Below are positions 8,465 through 17,300 of a stretch of 27,989 bases of DNA, piece after piece (the stretch's first letter is position 1; each line of letters begins with the position of its first letter). The stretch lies in the NCBI GenBank assembly GCA_025276375.1, contig GCA_025276375.1_3645.2. One strand, given 5' to 3'. Both the position numbers and the translations under genes were made by a program. The notes under the pieces were generated by a model. It worked only from the letters and a program-made list of their open reading frames with translations. It had not been told where the DNA came from and did no database searches. This DNA comes from a phage.

Positions 8465-9142
8465 TTAGTGCGGTCCACTTGTCTCGCCATCAGGGCAAGA
8501 GTGGGTATGACCTTTATATTCTGCATAGAATGAATCCAAATCCACACCAGCAGCAGTTATAATTCTACCAGATGGGTCTATTGTGGCACCATTCATTCTG
8601 ATATTTCCATCCACAGCAGCTCGCAAATTGGCAGCCCCGTTAGTGAAAGAAAACTCCCCGCTGCTGTCGCACCGTAATGTCCCACCAGGTGTTTGAAGCT
8701 CAAAATCGCCAGAAGGTGTCAGTTTAAAATAAACCCTATCATTCCATAACTCTACGTTATCAGGATCGATCTGTAAAGCGTTTGAGTCTGAATGGACAGA
8801 GGTGATTGCCCACCCTGGAAACAGGCCGTGAGTTTGTTGATCGTCGTTATTGTTTTCATTTCTCTCTGAAAACTGTAATCCTACAACATCTCCAGCCTTA
8901 ATAGGAAGTGTTAACCTTGCCTTTCCGCTGTTTGCAGACATCACCTGAATTGGAACGTCATAGATAAGAGGGTATCTCTCCACATCTCCGTCATCAAACG
9001 TGGTTTCAGCTATTGGCTGCACAGATGCAGAAGGGATACTGTAGTCTACACTGACAACTCTGGCCCTGATACTGGTGTGGTAGTCCCTCATTATTTTTTC
9101 TATGAAGGATCTTACAGCAGCATCTTTCCTATTTATTGCCAT
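8465..9142 (-). CDS. baseplate central spike protein (gpV/gp5-like, 225 aa) with C-terminal His-rich apex
   Basis: C-terminus ...EYKGHTHSCPDGETSGPH carries an HxH-type metal-binding tip motif as in P2 gpV-type spikes. Size and position next to the hub-sized gene. Start overlaps the upstream stop (TAATG). Confidence 0.55.
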   Translation of the reverse strand: MAINRKDAAVRSFIEKIMRDYHTSIRARVVSVDYSIPSASVQPIAETTFDDGDVERYPLIYDVPIQVMSANSGKARLTLPIKAGDVVGLQFSERNENNNDDQQTHGLFPGWAITSVHSDSNALQIDPDNVELWNDRVYFKLTPSGDFELQTPGGTLRCDSSGEFSFTNGAANLRAAVDGNIRMNGATIDPSGRIITAAGVDLDSFYAEYKGHTHSCPDGETSGPH

Positions 9143-10146
9143 TATACCTCCTCAGTTTTGTCAACAACTCCACCTACTGTTTCCCCAAGGCCAAGCTCTG
9201 TAGTGTAATCACCACCTTCTATGGTGCCCTTATGATGCACCGTGATCACCTTATAGAAGCCTGTATATTGCTTGCTTTTAAGATAAATAGTGGACTCTGG
9301 GAGGATAGCTCCGTTAAGGCATGTGGTTACAGTAAGGCCAACATCCTCTCTCGGGTTTTTCTTTTTCTTTTTAGATGTCGAACCACCTTTGGCAGCAGCT
9401 TTAGCTTTTCGTTTTTTAGCAGGTTCTGGGTTTTTAGGGGTAGGAGATCCGTGCATCCCAGACTCTGCGCTTATTTCAAACACAGAGTCTTTGAACCTTT
9501 TTCCAACCTTGGTCCAATACAAAGCCCCATCCTGAACGCTAAATGTTGAGTTGGTCAGCCTTGCAAACCTGCGGAGGTTCTCTGCAGTGTTTCCAGAGAA
9601 AGCCATAGAGTATTGCAAAGTCTGGTTTCCAAAACCAACAACCCTACCTTTTGGCAAGTTCATATCCTTCAGTAAGTCATTAAGCACAGAGTTCAGAGGT
9701 GTGCCTTTCTGATAAGATCTTGTGCTTTGGCACTTAATGATGTTCTCAGTGCCATCCCCAAAGATGAACTTAGTTTTTCTGGTAGGACCTTCCCATCTGT
9801 CTTCAACAAACTCCACAGTTCCGGAGAATATCAACTGGTTCTCATTATCATAGCCAGCTTCAAACATAACTGCAAGAGCATCAGCCTGATGCATATCCAG
9901 ATAGTTAACTGTATCGTCGGACAGGTTGTAAACTGTCACATAACCTTTGTTTGGCTCTTTGGTATTGTCCTTTTGTATGTCAAACTCTATATTGGCAGCA
10001 CCAGTGTCTGAGCTAACTTCATAAACTCCGGAATCACTCTCCCCTTTCTTTTCAACAGATTTTGGGATATTGGTTTTTGATTTACCGCCATGTTCTACAG
10101 GACGACCAAACAATAATCGCCATGTTCTACGTCTGTACTCTGCCAT
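9142..10146 (-). CDS. baseplate hub / tail structural protein (334 aa) with internal lysine-rich low-complexity segment
   Basis: Position between TMP-proximal genes and the spike. Contains PAKKRKAKAAAKGGSTSKKKKKNPR. SD GAGGAGG (plus 9147-9153 cctcctc). No motif recognised. Confidence 0.35.
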   Translation of the reverse strand: MAEYRRRTWRLLFGRPVEHGGKSKTNIPKSVEKKGESDSGVYEVSSDTGAANIEFDIQKDNTKEPNKGYVTVYNLSDDTVNYLDMHQADALAVMFEAGYDNENQLIFSGTVEFVEDRWEGPTRKTKFIFGDGTENIIKCQSTRSYQKGTPLNSVLNDLLKDMNLPKGRVVGFGNQTLQYSMAFSGNTAENLRRFARLTNSTFSVQDGALYWTKVGKRFKDSVFEISAESGMHGSPTPKNPEPAKKRKAKAAAKGGSTSKKKKKNPREDVGLTVTTCLNGAILPESTIYLKSKQYTGFYKVITVHHKGTIEGGDYTTELGLGETVGGVVDKTEEV

Positions 10147-10526
10147 TATTCTAACCCTTGCTGTTCCTTGTAAAGATCAACTGGGGTGCCGTATACAAGT
10201 TGTAGCTCGGATCTTGCTCCAAGGTTGTATCTTCCAACCCTGCCCCAATATTGATCATCTTTAAACGACAGTGCCATCAATCTACCTTTCGGTAAATCGT
10301 CTCTATAATGCAGTCCGTCTAAGATATCTTGACAAGCTGTTACTTTTCTGGTTACTAAAGGGCTGTCACCTACTGGACCAAGAGATAACCACCAAGACTC
10401 ATCCCTCTCATTCCATTGCATACGCATTTCATACGTTTCGTTGTCTAAAACAACACGCATGGTTTGATCAGGAAAGCCGTCAATGTCCCACACGAAGGTG
10501 ATTATGCACCAATCTTTAAGCTCCAT
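10146..10526 (-). CDS. tail/baseplate structural protein (126 aa)
   Basis: ORF in the tail module overlapping the downstream start by 1 nt. Function from context only. Confidence 0.3.
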   Translation of the reverse strand: MELKDWCIITFVWDIDGFPDQTMRVVLDNETYEMRMQWNERDESWWLSLGPVGDSPLVTRKVTACQDILDGLHYRDDLPKGRLMALSFKDDQYWGRVGRYNLGARSELQLVYGTPVDLYKEQQGLE

Positions 10527-10538
10527 TATACGCTCCCC

Positions 10539-11423
10539 TTATTTCCCGTTAACTTTGTTGTAGTTTCCCTGCTCAGATGGGACTATGGTAGAAGGTCTTC
10601 CATATTCCTGATAATACCAATCCGCAGCCGATTGGGTAACACCGTTTTCATCTGTCCACATCATAGATTTGTATGGCTGCCACTCCTCTGCAGCGTTTGT
10701 GGATGCAGTGTCTGCGAATGCTCCTGTGTCCCTCTTGTTACCTACGTTACTACCATTCTTACAGTCGTTGACAGCACCTTTTTGTTGGGTCTTGCCTACT
10801 TTCTTAGGATTGCTGTATACAGTTGCATTAACAACCTTGTTCAAGTAGAATGTGCGGAACTCTGTAAGCTCTACATCAAAAACCATTGCAGCACCTTCGC
10901 CAACAGACTTGCTGGCAGAAAGGCTGGTTATAATGTAGTTCTCAAGGAGTCTTTCCTCGGTAACCAAAGAAACCAATTGGCGCTTATTAATGATTTCAGT
11001 CAAAGCCTCCAGTGCAGCGCCCGGTCGCATAGATGCTGCAGGGTTTTTAGAGTCAGTATTCCTGTCAATGTAGTTTTGCTCATAGATTATATGTGGTGAT
11101 GTATTTACCCTACCAGTAAAAGAAAATACACCATCTTTAATTACAGCGTGGTCTGACAGGGTAGATTTATCTTCCACTGCAAAATCAGTCTTATCAACAG
11201 AATGTTTGAAAGAATAGTTCTCAACCTGGTCGAAGATAATGGCAAGATCGTTAGTAAAGTTTTTACCCTTCATCTCCGTATTGCGACCACCATAGTTAAG
11301 ACCGCTGACAAACATAGTGTACTTTACATCGCTTTCAGTTTGCTGCTCTGCCTTTTCAGCCTTTGGAGATTTAACCTCTTGAGGCTTGTACAGGTCTTTT
11401 TCATCAACTATATTGCTTGGCAT
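10539..11423 (-). CDS. tail structural protein downstream of TMP (about 294 aa; start likely the ATG at 11423 rather than the track start 11450)
   Basis: The ATG at 11423 (MPSNIVDEK...) has GGAGAGG just upstream. The track start at 11450 lies only 7 nt after a promoter -10 element and lacks an SD. Confidence 0.4.
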   Translation of the reverse strand: MPSNIVDEKDLYKPQEVKSPKAEKAEQQTESDVKYTMFVSGLNYGGRNTEMKGKNFTNDLAIIFDQVENYSFKHSVDKTDFAVEDKSTLSDHAVIKDGVFSFTGRVNTSPHIIYEQNYIDRNTDSKNPAASMRPGAALEALTEIINKRQLVSLVTEERLLENYIITSLSASKSVGEGAAMVFDVELTEFRTFYLNKVVNATVYSNPKKVGKTQQKGAVNDCKNGSNVGNKRDTGAFADTASTNAAEEWQPYKSMMWTDENGVTQSAADWYYQEYGRPSTIVPSEQGNYNKVNGK

Positions 11424-11456
11424 AACCTCTCCAGGACACTCCGATACCATCTAGAT

Positions 11457-11485
11457 ATTGTATCATAAAATAGCTGTTTTTACAA
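11457..11485 (-). promoter_or_regulatory. sigma70-like promoter TTGTAA-N17-TACAAT downstream of the TMP terminator
   Basis: Minus-strand -35 TTGTAA (11485-11480) and -10 TACAAT (11462-11457), 17-nt spacer, followed by the SD and ATG at 11423. Confidence 0.4.
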
Positions 11486-11487
11486 CA

Positions 11488-11517
11488 CCGATAAAATAAA
11501 GGGGGCCCGGAGCCCCC
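11488..11517 (-). terminator. intrinsic terminator after the tape measure gene
   Basis: Minus-strand GGGGGC-UCCGG-GCCCCC followed by UUUAUUUUAU, immediately after the TMP stop (11529). Confidence 0.55.
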
Positions 11518-11528
11518 TGCACAGTTTA

Positions 11529-13865
11529 TTACCAAAGGTCGGTAGACATGAAGTTGATATCTTTATTGTTCTCCCACTCAAGTTTTGCATCAAATATTTT
11601 GTTAAACTCACCCTCATCTATTGAAATCGTGATTTTCCCATCACTGATCTCTAAAGGTAGCATTTCCATAGTTCTTAATTGAGAAGCAAAACCGGGGCCA
11701 CCTGGCAACGGAAGAGTCCCGCCCGGTAAGGTGTCCAAAGGATTAACAAACCCGTTACCTCCTGATATGATATCTTTGCGAATCATATCGCTGATAGTGT
11801 CCAGCTGCTGATTTCTTTCACTTAGTGGGTTGTAACGGTCATTAAATAATTCCCCGGCGCTTAGTATTGTACCGATAATACCCAGCTTACCAAGCAGACC
11901 AACTTTGCCACCAGGTGTCTTGAGGCCACCTCCACCTTTTCCTGCCGGAGCTCCACCACTAGATCCTTCTGCAGTAGCGACACCAGCTGCTCCAGCTGCA
12001 CCTCTTAAAGAGTTAAGGAATTTAAAGGTTTTTACAAGCATGGATGCCATGACAAAACCTTTTGTTAGGGCGTTGACTACCAGCATGATGGCAGCAGCAA
12101 ACCCTGCCCATCTAGCATAGCTAAAGGTGTCATGAAGCTCTTCAGAATATTCCTTCGTCTTAGCTGTTATGAATCCCCATTTAATCCCCCATTCAAGGAA
12201 AAACATGCGGATCTTGACTATAGTGTTGTTTAGTTCACCAACTACCCAGTTAAGGCCTCTCACAAACCCGCTAACAAAATCACCAGAGGCATCCCACACA
12301 AATTGCAGAGTCTCACCAGTGCGGATCAGTGTATAATAGAACTCTGTCAGTTCGTCAGACCAACGGGTGAACAGTTTCTGACGAGTCAGTTCGATGAAGG
12401 TTTTCAGTCTGTTTTCTGCCAGCACGTTAGACTTCTGCATTCTTTCATAACCAGCTGCAGATGCCTCGTTCATGTACTTAGCCACATACTTCATGATCTT
12501 GGCTGTTTTAACCTCACCTTTCTTCATCATGTCCATGAACTGATCCATGGAGAGTTCAGAAAGACCAAAAGCCTCTTTGGTGGCCTTGATAAAAGGTTCG
12601 TATGCACCAGGCAATGCTTCAGCAAGCTGTTGCTTCAGTTCCTCGGACATTACTTGTCCCTTGCCAAGCATCTGCTGGATTGCCATGATACCGCGCTGAT
12701 ATTTTACCTCATCAGCACCATAAGCAGCAGCATACTGGGAGTATGCAGAAAACAGCTCATGCACTTCCTGATTTGTCATCTGGTTTTTGGCGTTTACCGA
12801 CATCTGGGCGTAACCTTGAAGACCAGATTTGAGATCAAAACCAAGACGCATAGCCTCTTGCTGGACAAACGCAACCTCACTGTTGGCTTTGTTTGGATCT
12901 CCAGTAACAGCAGTAAGAGCAGCACTTGCCCCCTCCATCATGTGACCGGATCTATTAACCGCAGCAAATCCAGAAAAAGCTGTATACGCAGCTGTTGCAT
13001 TAATAACAGATCTACGTAAGTCTCTCATGGCATCGCCTAGTGTAAGCGTTTGGCTGGTGGCGCTTTTAAATCCAGACTGCAGAGCTGACAGGTGGGCGTT
13101 AAAGGTTGACTTTTTCATCTCCCCGCGAGCAAACCTAGACTCTAACTCTGAGTATCCTGGCAAGCTTCCACGGAATCCGGCCCCATACTTGGCAGAAAGT
13201 CTTATCGCGGAGTTGTAGAGGTGGGTTCTCCTTGCCTCACGATCCGACATAAGCCTATTATCCATACCAGCTTTACTGTCTCTTCTTAGCTGTCTATGAT
13301 AACGATTCATGGCAGCGGTCTGGGCTTTCACAAGATTAGGATCTGAAGCCACCCCACCCATGTTCGGGTTGCCTGGAATATATCTGAAAGACTTGGCGTT
13401 AGCAAGAACTCTTGCCTTAGGTGCCTTATAACCCCCATAGGATACTGGTGCAGATTTGGCAGCTTTTTTAGCCTCTTTAGCTTGCTGCTGGTAGAACTTA
13501 CGCATCCTAGCCATCTCCGGGTTTTTGGCGGTAAGATTGCCTACAGCTTGCCTACGTCTTGCATTCTCCCTACGCTCTATTGCAGCCTTTACTGCAGCCT
13601 CTTTCTTGGCCTGAGCAACGCTCTCCCTGTGCAGTTTAGCATTTGCTTGAGATTGTTGTCTGGCAACACGTTGCATTGTCTGCTGAGTTTTAACCGCCAC
13701 TGCCTGCCATCTACTCATGGGGTTGGCTGAGTTAAAATCCTCGCCCAGTTTCCTGAACTCCCTCCCAATACTGCGAATTTTCTCTACAGCTTTTTTGTAG
13801 GAGGAGTTCTCTATCTCAAAGCCAATCTTGTTGACTGTTGTGGCAACTATTTTGTTTGTAGCCAT
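11529..13865 (-). CDS. tail tape measure protein (778 aa)
   Basis: Long alpha-helical-type protein directly after the chaperone pair. Gly-rich hydrophobic segment (GAAGAAGVATAEGSSGGAPAGKGGGGLKTPGGKVGLLGKLGIIG). SD GAGG before the ATG at 13865. Confidence 0.8.
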   Translation of the reverse strand: MATNKIVATTVNKIGFEIENSSYKKAVEKIRSIGREFRKLGEDFNSANPMSRWQAVAVKTQQTMQRVARQQSQANAKLHRESVAQAKKEAAVKAAIERRENARRRQAVGNLTAKNPEMARMRKFYQQQAKEAKKAAKSAPVSYGGYKAPKARVLANAKSFRYIPGNPNMGGVASDPNLVKAQTAAMNRYHRQLRRDSKAGMDNRLMSDREARRTHLYNSAIRLSAKYGAGFRGSLPGYSELESRFARGEMKKSTFNAHLSALQSGFKSATSQTLTLGDAMRDLRRSVINATAAYTAFSGFAAVNRSGHMMEGASAALTAVTGDPNKANSEVAFVQQEAMRLGFDLKSGLQGYAQMSVNAKNQMTNQEVHELFSAYSQYAAAYGADEVKYQRGIMAIQQMLGKGQVMSEELKQQLAEALPGAYEPFIKATKEAFGLSELSMDQFMDMMKKGEVKTAKIMKYVAKYMNEASAAGYERMQKSNVLAENRLKTFIELTRQKLFTRWSDELTEFYYTLIRTGETLQFVWDASGDFVSGFVRGLNWVVGELNNTIVKIRMFFLEWGIKWGFITAKTKEYSEELHDTFSYARWAGFAAAIMLVVNALTKGFVMASMLVKTFKFLNSLRGAAGAAGVATAEGSSGGAPAGKGGGGLKTPGGKVGLLGKLGIIGTILSAGELFNDRYNPLSERNQQLDTISDMIRKDIISGGNGFVNPLDTLPGGTLPLPGGPGFASQLRTMEMLPLEISDGKITISIDEGEFNKIFDAKLEWENNKDINFMSTDLW

Positions 13866-13877
13866 GGTTTCCTCATA

Positions 13878-13915
13878 ATAAAAAGGGCCAGATCCCAGAA
13901 AAGGAATCCGGCCCT
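13878..13915 (-). terminator. hairpin + U-tract between chaperone and TMP genes (terminator/attenuator)
   Basis: Minus-strand GGGCCGGAUUCC-UUUUCU-GGGAUCUGGCCC (12-bp stem with one mismatch and one G.U) followed by UUUUUAUUAU, then the SD for TMP. Confidence 0.45.
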
Positions 13916-13919
13916 TAGA

Positions 13920-14653
13920 TTATCCTCTCCTGCGCTTAGCTTTCGCAGCAGCTGCGGCAGCCTTCTGCTCCCGCTCCATTTCCCTGTTTTGGACGGTATC
14001 TAGGAATTCTTCGATATCAAGATACTCACAGAGCTTCAGGAAATACGCCATATCTGCAAGATTTAGCGATTCAAAATTTTCCCCTTTGAAATTCTTGAGC
14101 ACCCTGCACCAAAGAAAGTCGAACCAGTTAAGTGAACTGTTCTTAGCTGCCCACTCACTGGCCCTCACAACAACCTTGCTTATTCCTGCTCTTCCGGAGT
14201 CTGATCCAGATTGTTCACCTGCTGGATCATACCCATCTGCTGTAACATCTCCAGAAGGCTTCCTAAACCGTCTTGTGTGAAAAAACAGCCGTAGTTAACC
14301 TCCAGAACCTTACCTGCCAGCTTAATCATCTCCAGCAGATGCCCTGCAAACACAACATCAGGGTTAAGCTTATCCACACCATCCACGGTAATATCTTCGA
14401 ACAAGATTTTAAATAACTCTTCAATAGAGTTATCATCAAGTTCTTGGAACAGGTAAGCCAGGGCTGTAGGAAGGACCTCTGCCATATTCTGACCGCCTGA
14501 GAGAATAGATCCACCGATAGCACCTAGCGGGACAGCCACAATCTTACCGATTTTAGGCATGTTTTTCATTGCTTTCATCGGTCCCCAGTGGGTGATCACA
14601 AAGTTGTGCCCTGCTAAATCAATCTCTGTTGTAGGTCTAAAGTTTATAGCCAT
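13920..14653 (-). CDS. tail assembly chaperone frameshift fusion product (GT-like, about 244 aa) made by -1 slippage at 14285-14279
   Basis: The -1 frame is open from the slip site (FFHTRRFRKPSGDVTADGYDPAGEQ...VVVRASEWAAKNSS...) to the stop at 13920, continuous with the 82-aa track ORF (13920-14168). (14653-14168) mod 3 = 2 confirms the -1 frame. Confidence 0.55.
14180..14653 (-). CDS. tail assembly chaperone (157 aa, G-like product)
   Basis: Small acidic protein immediately upstream of TMP. Contains slippery heptamer U UUU UUC (14285-14279) in the 0 frame near its 3' end. Confidence 0.65.
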   Translation of the reverse strand: MAINFRPTTEIDLAGHNFVITHWGPMKAMKNMPKIGKIVAVPLGAIGGSILSGGQNMAEVLPTALAYLFQELDDNSIEELFKILFEDITVDGVDKLNPDVVFAGHLLEMIKLAGKVLEVNYGCFFTQDGLGSLLEMLQQMGMIQQVNNLDQTPEEQE

Positions 14654-14696
14654 TTTATAGCATCCTTATTAGTCATGTTGTGCACCATATTTGTGT

Positions 14697-14725
14697 ATTT
14701 TACCATGATTACGGTGCATTGTCAA
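14697..14725 (-). promoter_or_regulatory. near-consensus sigma70 promoter TTGACA-N17-TAAAAT upstream of the chaperone/TMP genes
   Basis: Minus-strand -35 TTGACA (14725-14720) and -10 TAAAAT (14702-14697), exact 17-nt spacer, in the 162-nt gap after the tube-gene terminator. Confidence 0.45.
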
Positions 14726-14765
14726 TTTAACCTTTCAAGCAACTCAAGAACGTGTGTCAAAACCA

Positions 14766-14800
14766 TAAAAGCAAAAAGCCCCACCCGAAGGTGAGGCCTA
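14766..14800 (-). terminator. intrinsic terminator after the tube-sized gene
   Basis: Minus-strand CCUCACC-UUCG-GGUGGGG hairpin followed by CUUUUUGCUUUUAU, just after the stop at 14816. Confidence 0.6.
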
Positions 14801-14815
14801 TGCTAAAGTGTGCCC

Positions 14816-15289
14816 TTAGATAATACCTGCAAGACCTGCGAGGCCAGTGAGAGCACCAGTGATGTTGTCACGGTTGAGCCATGCATCCAGAATACCGATA
14901 TCCCAGTCCAGCTGACCTACTTCGGTTCCGTAAGTTAGGTCAGGCTGTTTCTGGATCCAACCGATTGTAGCAATGCCAGGGCCCTGGCTACCTTCCAGCA
15001 GAACCGGGAAGAATACCAGACCAGTAATAGATGCCTGTTTCTGCCAGTCAGAAAGGTAAGCGTTCCATACAGAAGTGTTCTGCAAGGATACAGTCATAAC
15101 ACCAGATTGGTTACGAGACAGAGCTGCAGACATTTCACCATCCACACCAACGTGAGGGTAGATGTTGTCTTCGTTTCTTGAAACAACGATCTTGGTGTCA
15201 GCAGCGAAGCCAGTGACACGCTGCTGCATCAGATACAGTTTGACCTTTTTAGGGTCATACGCATAAGGAGTTAAAATTTGAGTTTCCAT
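14816..15289 (-). CDS. putative tail tube protein (157 aa)
   Basis: Size and position between the 458-aa protein and the chaperone/TMP genes. No motif recognised. Confidence 0.4.
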   Translation of the reverse strand: METQILTPYAYDPKKVKLYLMQQRVTGFAADTKIVVSRNEDNIYPHVGVDGEMSAALSRNQSGVMTVSLQNTSVWNAYLSDWQKQASITGLVFFPVLLEGSQGPGIATIGWIQKQPDLTYGTEVGQLDWDIGILDAWLNRDNITGALTGLAGLAGII

Positions 15290-15299
15290 CTAGGCTTCC

Positions 15300-16676
15300 T
15301 TATTCAGTCATTGCAACAGCATTGGTGGATTTAGAACCAACTTTGTCCAGAAGGACGTTGATCCGGATACGAACGAAGTGCAGGGCGTTGTTATACACCA
15401 GTTCTACTTTCACACCTTCCAGAACACGAGCAGCCAACTGATTAGTTGGGATTTCTGCACGTTTAGGAACTGTAATGATCGGGTCGTAGAATACATTATT
15501 GTCTTCGTCGAAACCTGTCAGGATCGCACCATTCTTAATGCCAGTGTTGATTGGGTTGTTCATCAAGACAGACTTGATAACCGGAAGATCATCATCAGAC
15601 ATCTTCATGCTTAAACCCATGTTGGAGCGGCGATGCATGTACCCAAACATAGATTCTTCAGATCTGAACTTGATCCAGTGTGCAAAACGAATAGCGTCTG
15701 CATACTGACCTGAAGCACACTTACCTTCCCAGAAAGCACCAACACCGTTAATCATTCTATAGAAGTTAACGTGGTTTTCCCAAATCGCCATGCGCTGAGT
15801 TAAAGTCAGAGATGGTGCAATCACACCCGGCATCTGTTTTAAGTGCAAGCTGTCGCCGTAAGACGGATCGTTGGATGCCATAGCGCCTACGATACCACCC
15901 TCTGGAAAATCTTTATCCGCACGAGGATCGTACATGCCGACACTATCATATTGTGCAGCCATCAGTTTGGTGGCGATGTTATTTTCTTTGCCAGTCACAT
16001 CTTCTGCAGTAGAATAGACATGGAGCTTGTAGTTAGCCTGAGCCCACTTAGCACATGCTTCAATGTCGGTGTGGTCTTCATGGCACAGGAAGTACCAATT
16101 ATCACGCTCAGCATTGATCTTATCAACTACTGTAGAAGGTTTTTCAGAATTGGCGATATTTTTGATTGTATAGTTACCAGTATGATAACCAACAGTGCAG
16201 TCACCAGTGATGGTAATAACACCTTCAGAAGCCTCTACAGTGATATCGTTCAAGTTACCATCTGCTTCGATTTTAGTCTTCATTGATTCTGCAATCTGAG
16301 TTGCACCTGTTCCACCAGAGATAGGTACTATCAGAGAAGTATTGTAGCCACCTTTTGCAATGGTCATTACGACATCGGTATCAGCTGCGGCAGCAATACC
16401 TTTAAAATCTACAGTGGTCTTTTCTTTGGCCTGTCTGCCGATCATAACGTATTGTGGAGGGAATACACCACCAAAAGCTTTTGCTGCAAACTCATACGCT
16501 GCAGAGCCTTGTGCGAAACCATCTTCCACCATCTGATCCAGCTCCGCATATACGCGAGCTCGCTCAGTAAAGTTGTTGTGGATAGCGATGAACAGGGGAG
16601 TTTCGAAACCTACAGTGTCAATAGGCTGGGTTCCGAGGTTAACTGTAACATCTACCACCTTATCTAAATATGGCAT
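15300..16676 (-). CDS. putative tail sheath protein (458 aa); alternative: large major tail protein
   Basis: Order 458 aa -> 157 aa -> chaperone (frameshift) -> TMP fits sheath-tube-chaperone-TMP of contractile tails. SD GAGGAA before the ATG at 16676. Call is positional. Confidence 0.4.
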   Translation of the reverse strand: MPYLDKVVDVTVNLGTQPIDTVGFETPLFIAIHNNFTERARVYAELDQMVEDGFAQGSAAYEFAAKAFGGVFPPQYVMIGRQAKEKTTVDFKGIAAAADTDVVMTIAKGGYNTSLIVPISGGTGATQIAESMKTKIEADGNLNDITVEASEGVITITGDCTVGYHTGNYTIKNIANSEKPSTVVDKINAERDNWYFLCHEDHTDIEACAKWAQANYKLHVYSTAEDVTGKENNIATKLMAAQYDSVGMYDPRADKDFPEGGIVGAMASNDPSYGDSLHLKQMPGVIAPSLTLTQRMAIWENHVNFYRMINGVGAFWEGKCASGQYADAIRFAHWIKFRSEESMFGYMHRRSNMGLSMKMSDDDLPVIKSVLMNNPINTGIKNGAILTGFDEDNNVFYDPIITVPKRAEIPTNQLAARVLEGVKVELVYNNALHFVRIRINVLLDKVGSKSTNAVAMTE

Positions 16677-16748
16677 TTGTTTCCTCTTAATATCTGTGCA
16701 CGGATATCAAACACGCAGTGTAATCATTACACTACACAATTATAACGA

Positions 16749-17300
16749 TTACTGACCACTGTCTGTAACCGCTTTACCAGAATTGGGTGAAGGGAAGTGT
16801 GTGGTTATTTCAGCCTTAATTCCCTGAAGATCCTCAAAAGCCCCAATGTCTGTTTCAACAAACCTTACGTTAAATGTCAGCATCACAGTGGCTCTATTTT
16901 CATACGTCTGCTTATTCAACGGCACTCTTTGAGGTGAGATTGTTGAATTGTTAGAGTAGGCAAAGCACGACCCCAGAGGGAAATACTTGTCATAAAACAT
17001 TGGAAGATTTATTGCTTGCAATACTCTGCTAAGTGCAGCATATGCCCTGCCACGATAAGCTGTTAGCAGATAGGTAACAGTATAGCTGTGGGTGACGTAA
17101 GCATTACCCTCCGCATCTTGAAACTCATTATCTTCCCAAGTGGTAGGATTTATCGCCAAGGTTTGTAAAAGTACAAACTCACCTTCCGGCTTCGGTATGG
17201 TAGAGCTTTCTGCCAGAACTACAGTTCTTCCTGTGGCAACCTTGACAAGCTTAGCAATGGTTGTTTCAAGATCAGAAAAAACTTTTTCGAAAGCTTCCAT
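16749..17300 (-). CDS. neck / tail terminator-type structural protein (183 aa)
   Basis: Position between capsid genes and the sheath-sized gene. Context only. Confidence 0.3.
   Translation of the reverse strand: MEAFEKVFSDLETTIAKLVKVATGRTVVLAESSTIPKPEGEFVLLQTLAINPTTWEDNEFQDAEGNAYVTHSYTVTYLLTAYRGRAYAALSRVLQAINLPMFYDKYFPLGSCFAYSNNSTISPQRVPLNKQTYENRATVMLTFNVRFVETDIGAFEDLQGIKAEITTHFPSPNSGKAVTDSGQ

Noticed and set aside
10464-11099. Plus-strand ORF (211 aa) spanning two tail genes
   Set aside because: Crosses the boundary of two minus-strand CDSs on the opposite strand. Cys-rich, no SD.
11424-11450. Track start codon at 11450 for the gene downstream of TMP
   Set aside because: No SD, and it lies only 7 nt after the predicted -10 element. 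The ATG at 11423 with GGAGAGG upstream is preferred.
12303-13019. Plus-strand ORF (238 aa) inside the tape measure gene
   Set aside because: Antisense to TMP. His/Cys/Leu-rich translation characteristic of a non-coding frame.
14326-14523. Nested minus-strand ORF (65 aa) inside the chaperone gene
   Set aside because: Alternative frame within a supported CDS. The real second product is explained by the -1 frameshift at 14285-14279 instead.
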